A DNA stretch of 32,000 bases from an uncultured Erysipelotrichaceae bacterium (GTDB lineage Bacteria; Bacillota_I; Bacilli_A; Erysipelotrichales; Erysipelotrichaceae), in the NCBI GenBank assembly GCA_964401865.1, contig CAYNZZ010000001.1, positions 120,001 to 152,000 on the forward strand. The letters are read 5' to 3'. Made by a program: the position numbers and the translations under genes. The first letter of the stretch is position 1. The number at the start of each line of letters is the position of its first letter. Positions 10,931 through 18,274 of this stretch are shown piece by piece. The notes below the pieces were generated by a model that saw only the letters and a list, made by a program, of their open reading frames with translations, made no database searches and was not told where the DNA came from.

Positions 10931-11590
10931 ATGAAAAAGTATGATAAAAGAAAAATCAGTGTCTATCTTTTTGCACTTTGTCAAATTATTACAATTTTGA
11001 TAGCTGTCTTTATATCTTTATGCTATGAGAGTACCATTTTTTACTTATTGGTACTTTTGCTAGTTGCATCAACTTTGTTAGGAGATTTTTTCATTTATAA
11101 GATTGTTCTTGGACTTATAGATAAAAATAAACAAGAAGCCGCATTAAAATCCATTAATGAACAAGCAAATAACTATAAACTTTTTTATGAGTTTTGCAAT
11201 ATCCAACAAGATAATATTCGACATTTTTACCATGATTTAAACAATCACTTGATTACATTAAGATTGTTGGCAAAAAGCAGCCGAAAAGATTATGATGAGT
11301 ATCTTTCAAATTTAAAAGAAAAATATAGAAATACTGTTGTTGCAGACAAAACAAATGACATATTGATAAATATATTAATTGAATATTATAGTGACAGTGA
11401 ATTTCAAATTGATATTTTGAATGAAAATGAAGCTGATGATATTGATTATCTTGAATTGTTAAATTTATTTGATGATTTAAAGAAAGAATGTAATTTAGTG
11501 ACTATTGACTTTAAAAAAAGAATCATTAATGCTGATGTAAATAGTGAAGAACTGACTAATAAGTATTCAAACTATATTTTTATAAAATAA
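10931..11590 (+). CDS. 2-TM histidine-kinase-like protein with H-box/DHp region but no ATP-binding G-boxes
   Basis: 219 aa. Two N-terminal TM helices, then IRHFYHDLNNHLITLRLLAKSSRKDYDEYLSNL, which is an HPK10/SpoOB-type H-box. The following region (TNDILINILIEYY...IDYLELLNLFDDLKKEC) resembles the start of a GHKL domain, but the N-box NA is replaced by DL. The protein ends before any GxG box. Confidence 0.7.
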   Translation: MKKYDKRKISVYLFALCQIITILIAVFISLCYESTIFYLLVLLLVASTLLGDFFIYKIVLGLIDKNKQEAALKSINEQANNYKLFYEFCNIQQDNIRHFYHDLNNHLITLRLLAKSSRKDYDEYLSNLKEKYRNTVVADKTNDILINILIEYYSDSEFQIDILNENEADDIDYLELLNLFDDLKKECNLVTIDFKKRIINADVNSEELTNKYSNYIFIK

Positions 11591-11608
11591 GAAAGGCACT
11601 ATTCATAG

Positions 11609-12829
11609 ATGACTAGAGATATATTTTGGCATTTAAATCAAATTCCTATATGTTTATCGTGGATTTATTTTTATCATGGTATGCTTACAAGATCTAAGCG
11701 AGGTAGTAGTTCGGATTTAATTCGTACAAGCATTGCGGTTATTGCTCAAACGATAATCGGAATTATTATTGCCTATTTGATTCCTGATCATAATTTTTTA
11801 AGGTTGATCATTAATTCTTTTGTCATTTGTGGATTAATAGTTTTGATAAGGAAAGCCAAGATTAAAGAAGCTATCTTCTGTTATGTAATTAATTTAACTA
11901 TAAACATTGTAATAGAAGTGTTAAGCATGTTAGGCTCTATGACATTAGATACACTAATTCATTCGACATCAACTAGTTTTTCTTTCAATGCGACATTCTA
12001 TATTTTAAATGATGTTTTATGTTTACTGGCATATATTGTTGTTGTGAGAATAAGAAATAAACAAACAATAAATAAACAAAAACATATTTTTGAAATAATT
12101 ATGTTATTGATTTTAAATCAATTTGCATGGATATATTGGGTTTCATATTATATAGTACTGCGTACTAAACCGAATGTTATTTTGACTTGTTTTGTATTGT
12201 TTATTCAAACGGTTAACATTATTGTTGTGTTTATTTTAATTAAAGGCTATGCGAGAATAAATAAAGAAGAGACTAAAACGATGATTAAGAATGATAATGC
12301 CGATAGATTAAAAAGGCTTATTATGGTTTTAAGTGATAAACAGAATGTAATTAATAATATTTATTTAAAGATTGAAAATGAAAACATTGAAATGATAGAA
12401 CTGAACAAGATGACTAATGAACTAAAGAATATAAAGAATAGGATATATTGTGATAGTCCAGTCGTTAATGCTTTACTCAGTTATTTTTATGATGAATGTA
12501 GTAAAATCGCTATTAAGTACACCGTAAATGTGCACTGCAGCTTACAGAATAATATTGATGATTTTGAATTCAATACTCTTTTGAGTAACATATTAAAGAA
12601 TGCACTTGAATCATGTGAGCGCTATGTTAATTTAGAGATTGATTGCAAAAATAATACTTTAGTTATTAAATGTCAAAATGATTGTGCAAATAAAAGAAAA
12701 ACCATGAAAATGATTCATGGTAATGGAATTCATATTATCAACAATATACTAGATGGATATGGTGGAAACTATAACTTATTCATTGACAATAATATTGCAA
12801 CTTCAGTATGCATATTAAATATCAATTAA
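11609..12829 (+). CDS. AgrC/LytS-like 6-7 TM GHKL ATPase protein lacking the phospho-acceptor histidine
   Basis: 406 aa with about 7 hydrophobic helices in residues 1-215. C-terminal GHKL elements are SPVVNALLSYFYDECSKIAIKY, N-box LLSNILKNALESC and G-box HGNGIHIINNILDGYGGN. The ~95-aa linker between the last TM and the ATPase domain contains no His. The expected RHDxxNH position reads LSDKQNV. Confidence 0.75.
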   Translation: MTRDIFWHLNQIPICLSWIYFYHGMLTRSKRGSSSDLIRTSIAVIAQTIIGIIIAYLIPDHNFLRLIINSFVICGLIVLIRKAKIKEAIFCYVINLTINIVIEVLSMLGSMTLDTLIHSTSTSFSFNATFYILNDVLCLLAYIVVVRIRNKQTINKQKHIFEIIMLLILNQFAWIYWVSYYIVLRTKPNVILTCFVLFIQTVNIIVVFILIKGYARINKEETKTMIKNDNADRLKRLIMVLSDKQNVINNIYLKIENENIEMIELNKMTNELKNIKNRIYCDSPVVNALLSYFYDECSKIAIKYTVNVHCSLQNNIDDFEFNTLLSNILKNALESCERYVNLEIDCKNNTLVIKCQNDCANKRKTMKMIHGNGIHIINNILDGYGGNYNLFIDNNIATSVCILNIN

Positions 12830-13535
12830 AAAAGTTATTAAGAAATTTATTCATTATTGCTTTGGAATAGGTTTTTGAAACAGGAATGATTTTTCCATTT
12901 AACATTGTTAGTGAAGAATTATTTACGGATTGTATGTAGTTGACATTGACTATGTATGATCGATGGACTTTTGAGAAGAAATTCGGAAGTTTATTGACAT
13001 AATCATCAAAAGAGGCATATGTTTCAATAGTTTTATTATCTTTTAAAGTGAAGATGATTTTTCTTAATGACTTTTCTAAAAAGAGAATATCATTAACTTT
13101 AATGATTGTAGTAGTCCGAGAATTTTTGATGGCTAAGCTTGTAATTTGCCTATCATCAATATTGCTGATAGCCTTTTTTAATGCGTTTGATAGTCGCAAG
13201 TTCAATTCATCTTTTAATATACAGTAAATGTGATTACATGAATATACTTCGGGCAGATAATTCGGGTATGCAGTAATGAAAATAATTTGCGCATCTTTAT
13301 TTATATTGTTTATCTTCATACCAAAAGGAATTGAAGTATCGCCTTTATCATTCATCTTTATATCCATTAAAAATATATCGTATGTCTTATCGATGATGGT
13401 TTGGTTAATTGCGTTGATATCAGAGTATTTGTCTATTTTAAATGCATAGTTGTTTATAGTCAGATAATCGTCAACTAATTTGCTCAGTTCATTTAAGAAA
13501 ATATGATCGTCATCAAGAATAGCTATGTTAATCAT
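12822..13535 (-). CDS. LytTR-family response regulator (REC + LytTR DNA-binding domain)
   Basis: 237 aa. REC motifs ILDDD, IFLMDIKM (phospho-Asp) and IIFITAY. C-terminal LytTR motif FFSKVHRSYIVNVNYIQSV. Convergent with the upstream GHKL gene; the stop codons overlap by 8 nt (12822-12829). Confidence 0.9.
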   Translation of the reverse strand: MINIAILDDDHIFLNELSKLVDDYLTINNYAFKIDKYSDINAINQTIIDKTYDIFLMDIKMNDKGDTSIPFGMKINNINKDAQIIFITAYPNYLPEVYSCNHIYCILKDELNLRLSNALKKAISNIDDRQITSLAIKNSRTTTIIKVNDILFLEKSLRKIIFTLKDNKTIETYASFDDYVNKLPNFFSKVHRSYIVNVNYIQSVNNSSLTMLNGKIIPVSKTYSKAIMNKFLNNFFN

Positions 13536-13643
13536 ATATTTAGGATAATATATTTTTTGGCGTTAAACAAATTAAAAACTATTATAAAAGCAAATCTGTA
13601 ATTGATTGATGGTTATTTGTAACTAATACAAAATTTAAGCATC

Positions 13644-13688
13644 AAAAAAGACAGCCATTATGCCATTAATTGCATGGGAGTGGTTGTC
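13644..13688 (-). terminator. rho-independent terminator after the ABC exporter gene
   Basis: On the minus strand: gacaacca (13688-13681) ... tggctgtc (13657-13650) with one mismatch, then TTTTTT (13649-13644). Confidence 0.5.
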
Positions 13689-13704
13689 TATCTGTGTTAG
13701 AAGA

Positions 13705-15438
13705 TTAGTCTTGAATTATAAAGTCATCTTTTCTAAATTGCAAACTGTATAAGTGAGCGTAGATGCCATTTTTGGCAAGCAGTTCTTTATGAGTTCCTTT
13801 TTCTTGTATTGTTCCATCGGCAATAACTGCTATTTCATTAGCATTTTTAATTGTTGATAGACGATGAGCAACTACAATTGTAGTTCTTCCTTTACACAAT
13901 TCATCTAGAGCATTTTGAATTAGTATTTCTGTTGTATTGTCTAAGGCGCTGGTCGCTTCATCGAGTATTAATATTTGTGGATTTTTTAAAAAGACACGAG
14001 CGATGCTCAAACGTTGTTTTTGTCCACCTGATAATTTAATTCCTCTCTCACCAATTTGTGTGTCATAGCCATCTGGTAAATTCATAATATAGTCATGAAT
14101 ATTAGCTTTTTTAGCAGCTTCAATCATTTCTTCTTCGCTAGCATCTAAACGTCCATAGAGAATATTTTCTTTGATTGTTCCGCCGAATAAGAACACATCC
14201 TGTTGAACGATGCCAATGTTTTTTCTTAAAGATTCATAAGTAATATCATTTATATTGATATCATCAATAAGAACTTCGCCACTTGTAGCTTTATAAAAAT
14301 TGGGTATTAAATGGCATATTGTTGTCTTTCCTCCACCACTTGGACCAACTAAAGCCAATGTTTGACCTTGAGGAATATCCAAACTGATGTTTTTTAATAT
14401 ATCTTTAGAATCATCGTAAGAGAAAGACACATTTTTGAATTCGATATGTCCAATTGCCTTTCCTATTGGCTTAGCATCTTTGTTTTCTACTTCTATCGGT
14501 TCATCGATTATTTCCAAGAAACGCTTAAAGCCAGTAACACCATTTTGATATTGTTCCATAAAATTAATCAATGTAGTTAATGGATTGATGAACAGATTAA
14601 TAGAAACAATGAAAGTTGAATAATCGGCGAAATTGATATTTCCTTGATATAGATATAACCCTCCAGCAATTAATACAATAACATTGAATACATCAGCGAT
14701 AAATGATGTAGAAGAATAAAACATACCCATAGCTTTATAAGCTTTTGAACGTGAAGCGACAAAATCATTATTTCCCACTTCAAATTTTTCTTCTTCTTTT
14801 TCGGAGTTAGTAAATGCCTTTGTAACACGAACTCCGGAAATACTACTTTCAAGAGCTGCATTGATGGCTGCGACATTTTTCCTGCTCTCCATAAAAGCAT
14901 CTTTCATCCTCTTTCTAAGTAAAATAGTGATGATAACTAAAATTGGTACACAAGTAAAAATGATTAGAGTTAAATTTAAATTGATACTTGCTAAATAAAT
15001 GAAAGACCCCAAGACCATAATTCCGCAGATAAACAAGTTTTCAGGTCCATGGTGAGCTAGTTCGCTAACTTCCATCAAGTCATTTGTCATACGCGACATT
15101 ATTTTTCCTGTTTCATGATCGTCGTAATAAGAGTATGGCAGTTTTTGAAGATGTGCGAACATATCGCTTCGCATTGCTGCTTGCATCTTTACGCCAATGA
15201 CATGTCCGTAGTATTGAACAAAGTAGCGTAGTAGCATACGAATAAAATATAAAATAAATAATGAAACTCCAAATAGTATAATCATTTCTACTTTTCTATT
15301 GGGAATAAAATCATTAAGCATGGTTCTGGTAATGATTGGATATGTCATACCGATTATGGAAATAAGTAGTGATGCCAACATATCAAGCAAAAACATTTTC
15401 TTATGCGGTTTATAGTAACTAATAAATCTTTTTAACAT
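13705..15438 (-). CDS. ABC exporter, fused permease/ATPase (type I exporter, MsbA/multidrug-like)
   Basis: ORF 13705..15453. The N-terminus MLKRFISYYKPHKKMF from ATG 15438 is typical of this family. Six-TM domain, Walker A GPSGGGKTT, signature LSGGQKQR and Walker B ILILDEATSALD. No C39 peptidase domain. Confidence 0.93.
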   Translation of the reverse strand: MLKRFISYYKPHKKMFLLDMLASLLISIIGMTYPIITRTMLNDFIPNRKVEMIILFGVSLFILYFIRMLLRYFVQYYGHVIGVKMQAAMRSDMFAHLQKLPYSYYDDHETGKIMSRMTNDLMEVSELAHHGPENLFICGIMVLGSFIYLASINLNLTLIIFTCVPILVIITILLRKRMKDAFMESRKNVAAINAALESSISGVRVTKAFTNSEKEEEKFEVGNNDFVASRSKAYKAMGMFYSSTSFIADVFNVIVLIAGGLYLYQGNINFADYSTFIVSINLFINPLTTLINFMEQYQNGVTGFKRFLEIIDEPIEVENKDAKPIGKAIGHIEFKNVSFSYDDSKDILKNISLDIPQGQTLALVGPSGGGKTTICHLIPNFYKATSGEVLIDDININDITYESLRKNIGIVQQDVFLFGGTIKENILYGRLDASEEEMIEAAKKANIHDYIMNLPDGYDTQIGERGIKLSGGQKQRLSIARVFLKNPQILILDEATSALDNTTEILIQNALDELCKGRTTIVVAHRLSTIKNANEIAVIADGTIQEKGTHKELLAKNGIYAHLYSLQFRKDDFIIQD

Positions 15439-15442
15439 AGTA

Positions 15443-15451
15443 CCCCCCCCC
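15443..15451 (-). repeat. G9 homopolymer (C9 on the plus strand) 4 nt upstream of the ABC exporter start
   Basis: The minus strand reads attaATGGGGGGGGGTACTATGTTAAAA. The tract is both the only SD-like element for ATG 15438 and in-frame Gly codons behind an alternative ATG at 15453. Confidence 0.9.
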
Positions 15452-15550
15452 ATTAATATTTTTATATTCTATCAAAAAATAATCAATGACACTAATATTT
15501 GAAAATGAAAAGAATGTATTTAAACATAATATATTTTTTTAAATAGTATA

Positions 15551-15579
15551 TTGCATTAAATAATAGTGAGTGTTACAAT
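15551..15579 (+). promoter_or_regulatory. candidate sigma-A promoter of the padR operon
   Basis: TTGCAT (15551-15556), a 17-nt spacer, then TACAAT (15574-15579), 20 nt before the padR ATG. Confidence 0.5.
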
Positions 15580-15599
15580 ACAGACAAGGAGGAGGCGAG

Positions 15600-15917
15600 A
15601 TGAATGCTCAATTTAAAAAAGGGGTCCTAGAAATGTGCGTATTAAGTCAACTGGCTGTTAAGGACAAATACGGTTATGAGTTGACAGAGATCATTTCTGC
15701 TTCTATGTCGATTGCAACAGGTACGCTGTATTTAATATTAAAAAGACTAAAAGATGATGGGTTAGTTGAAACATATTTGGTTGAATCCTGCGATGGACCA
15801 GCTAGAAAATATTATCACATTACAGAAAAAGGCAGAAAAGCAGAAAACGAGCAGAAAAAAGAGTGGTTTGAATTTGTGAAGGAAGTTGAAAAGATAATTG
15901 GAGGTATTGAGGAATGA
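15600..15917 (+). CDS. PadR-family transcriptional regulator
   Basis: ORF 15570..15917. ATG 15600 follows AAGGAGGAGG. MNAQFKKGVLEMCVLSQLAVKDKYGYELTEII...GTLYLILKRLKDDGLVE...ARKYYHITEKG is the PadR winged-helix signature. Confidence 0.93.
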   Translation: MNAQFKKGVLEMCVLSQLAVKDKYGYELTEIISASMSIATGTLYLILKRLKDDGLVETYLVESCDGPARKYYHITEKGRKAENEQKKEWFEFVKEVEKIIGGIEE

Positions 15918-16972
15918 CACGCCAAGAATACATGGAAGAGTTAGCAAACGCAATTAGTCATTGCCCAAGAAATCAGCAAGATGAGATTTTGGCTGATTTT
16001 GATGAACATTTTGACATAGCGACATCTAAAGGATTAAGTGATGATGAAATCATTGAGTCTTTAGGTGACATAAAAGATTTTATTAAAGAATTAAAAGTAG
16101 AAGAAAATTGGAATACTAAACCGATATTTGAAATGGATGATGAAATAACAGAAGTCGAAATAATTTGTGAGGGTTGCGATGTCAAGATTGTTGAAGGGGA
16201 ACGTACTGAGATGAATATAAAGAGTTGGCGCGCAACGATGAACAGTAAGTACAATATTTCTGAGAAAGTCATTGACAACAAATACATTATTAAAGTAGAA
16301 CTCATCAAAAATCGCTTCTTCTTTTTAAATACTGATTTAATAGTAGAAGTCAGCATAAATAATACAATAAAAAAAGTGAGAGTTGAAAACAAAACCGGCG
16401 ACGTAAGTTATGATGCTTCTTTGATGCTTGTTAAAGAAGTCGAAATGATTTTAGGCAATGGTGATGTTAGCGTTGTTGGTTCGATTGAGAATTTAACTAT
16501 CAATAATAATAAGGGTGATGTAGAAATTGACACAATAGCTGGTGAATATGTTAATATTCATGCCAATCTAGGTGATGTTAGTGTTTTGGCTAGTGCAAAT
16601 GAAGTCTTTATTAATGCAAATAGTGGCGACGTTGATTTTGATGTCAAATCTAGAATATTAGATGTTCATTCTAATAAAGGAGATATTGAAGGCACTGTTT
16701 CATCTAATAGCATTCAATGCATAAGCAATATGGGAGATATAAAATGCACGATAATTGATGCCGAAGAAGTGGTGTGTAAAACTAATATGGGCGACATTGA
16801 AGCGGATATCGCGTCTTTGAGTGATTATATCCTAGAAACCAAAACATCAATGGGTGATATTGATACTGAAGAAATTAATGCAATTGATTGTGGGGATTGT
16901 TTTATCAAAGGCGATCAAAATACATCGATATATTTAAAAACTAATATGGGCGACATCAAAGTAAAGGATTGA
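15914..16972 (+). CDS. DUF1700-like N-terminal helical domain fused to DUF4097-type beta-helix repeats, no TM segment
   Basis: ATGA overlap with the padR stop. The N-terminus MTRQEYMEELANAISHCPRNQQDEILADFDEHFDIATSKGLSDDEIIESLGDIKDFIKEL is the PadR-partner DUF1700 pattern. The C-terminal half has about 10 repeats of x(N/K/S)xGD(I/V)xxxx at a ~17-20 aa period. No hydrophobic helix is visible. Confidence 0.8.
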   Translation: MTRQEYMEELANAISHCPRNQQDEILADFDEHFDIATSKGLSDDEIIESLGDIKDFIKELKVEENWNTKPIFEMDDEITEVEIICEGCDVKIVEGERTEMNIKSWRATMNSKYNISEKVIDNKYIIKVELIKNRFFFLNTDLIVEVSINNTIKKVRVENKTGDVSYDASLMLVKEVEMILGNGDVSVVGSIENLTINNNKGDVEIDTIAGEYVNIHANLGDVSVLASANEVFINANSGDVDFDVKSRILDVHSNKGDIEGTVSSNSIQCISNMGDIKCTIIDAEEVVCKTNMGDIEADIASLSDYILETKTSMGDIDTEEINAIDCGDCFIKGDQNTSIYLKTNMGDIKVKD

Positions 16973-17048
16973 AACTAAATGTAACTTTGTATTCATAATA
17001 TTTACTTAATTGATTATTAGAGTAAAATAACAAACGGAGGAATTAAAA

Positions 17049-17522
17049 ATGAAAAAATTATTTACATTTCTAGCAACATTTGCCATGCTATTTTCTTTAG
17101 CGGCTTGTTCAACTGCTAATAACACTACCAATGAAAGCTTAATCGATGCGACAATTAAACAATTTAAAGAAGCTGAAAAAATTAAGTATGCCTTTATTGA
17201 AGATTCTGAATTTGGCGAAGTAAAAATAACTGAAGCAATAAATAATTCAGAATCAACATTAAAAGAAGAATTATTTAATGCTATTTTTGAAAAGGAATAT
17301 GTTGAAGCTGATGATGCAGAGTTCAACAACGCTAATGTCGTGGTTATCTTATGTGTCGAAAACGAAAACTATGAACCAACTATGCTGTATGTATGCAATG
17401 ATGGTTTGGTAAGAATAACTGTTAATCGTGATGAAGGCACTCTATATACATGTAATGCCGACATTAAAACAGAAGTTGAAACTTTATTAAGAGAATATCC
17501 TGAGTTGTTGCCACAAGCTTAA
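17049..17522 (+). CDS. hypothetical lipoprotein
   Basis: 157 aa. Signal peptide MKKLFTFLATFAMLFSLAAC with lipobox LAAC. RBS GGAGG lies 8 nt upstream. Confidence 0.8.
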   Translation: MKKLFTFLATFAMLFSLAACSTANNTTNESLIDATIKQFKEAEKIKYAFIEDSEFGEVKITEAINNSESTLKEELFNAIFEKEYVEADDAEFNNANVVVILCVENENYEPTMLYVCNDGLVRITVNRDEGTLYTCNADIKTEVETLLREYPELLPQA

Positions 17523-17540
17523 CTACCTTGAATAACTTTT

Positions 17541-17586
17541 AAGCAATCAGATGAAGCGAGTTATTGCTTTGTCGATTGCTTTTTTG
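17541..17586 (+). terminator. probable terminator after the lipoprotein gene
   Basis: aagcaatc (17541-17548) can pair with gattgctt (17574-17581), followed by ttttt. An alternative shorter hairpin uses attgctt at 17562-17568. Confidence 0.45.
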
Positions 17587-17655
17587 TTGAAGTGAAAAAT
17601 TAAATATTTTAATGAATGTCATAAATGGTAGAATAACATTGGGTAAGAGGGAATT

Positions 17656-18174
17656 ATGTACTATAAGAAATTAGTTGGAAAAGATATATATTTATCGCCT
17701 TGTGATGTTGAAAACGAACTCCCGATATTAACTAAGTGGTTTAATGAAGATAGAGATATTATTAGTAATAACGGTTTTTCTTCAAAACTACTTGGTGTTG
17801 ATAAAACAAAAGAGATGTTAGAACAGTGGAATGCTGGTCCTTATTGCTTCTCTATTGTTAATTTGGATAATGAATTTGCAGGACAATTATCATTATTTGA
17901 TTTAAATCATAATCGAGCTACAATGGGAATTTTTGTTGGCGAACAATTTCGTGGCAAAGGTTATGGTAGTCAAGCTATTAAGTTAATTACTGATTATGCG
18001 TTTAATATGTTGAATCTAAGAGTCATTCATATTTATGTTTATGGATTTAATCAAAAAGCCATAAGTGTTTATAAAAAAGTGGGGTTTGTAGAATGTGGAA
18101 GATGGCATCAAGATGTGTATTATGATGGAAAATATTATGATACCGTCATGATGGAATTGTTGAAAAATAACTGA
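17656..18174 (+). CDS. GNAT-family N-acetyltransferase (RimJ/RimL-like)
   Basis: 172 aa. Acetyl-CoA binding motif FVGEQFRGKGYGSQAIKLITDYAF. RBS AGAGGGA. Confidence 0.9.
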   Translation: MYYKKLVGKDIYLSPCDVENELPILTKWFNEDRDIISNNGFSSKLLGVDKTKEMLEQWNAGPYCFSIVNLDNEFAGQLSLFDLNHNRATMGIFVGEQFRGKGYGSQAIKLITDYAFNMLNLRVIHIYVYGFNQKAISVYKKVGFVECGRWHQDVYYDGKYYDTVMMELLKNN

Positions 18175-18200
18175 AAAAAAGAAAATAATTTACATTAAGC

Positions 18201-18230
18201 AAAATGGTTGAAACTTCAACCATTTTATTA
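18201..18230 (+). terminator. rho-independent terminator after the GNAT gene
   Basis: aaaatggttg (18201-18210) / caaccatttt (18217-18226), 6-nt loop, T-rich tail. Confidence 0.7.
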
Positions 18231-18274
18231 TATAAGTAATATACACAAAGAAATAAACAAAGGGAGCAACAAAT

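Noticed and set aside
13705-15438. ABC exporter as a dedicated peptide or bacteriocin exporter for the neighbouring LytTR system
   Set aside because: The protein starts directly with the transmembrane domain and has no N-terminal C39 peptidase domain. No precursor-peptide gene is visible, and a terminator separates it from the regulator gene.
16380-16960. Periodic DNA repeats, e.g. the 19-nt identical aaactaatatgggcgacat ending at 16797 and at 16956, considered as a tandem-repeat or CRISPR-like array
   Set aside because: They are in frame inside the 15914-16972 CDS and encode the repeated NMGDI beta-helix rungs of the DUF4097-type domain. The spacing is irregular and there are no cas genes.
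18175-18274. NrdR boxes upstream of nrdD
   Set aside because: I looked for paired 16-bp palindromes of the ACACTATATATAGTGT type. Only a partial TAATATACACAA is present, which is not convincing in AT-rich DNA.
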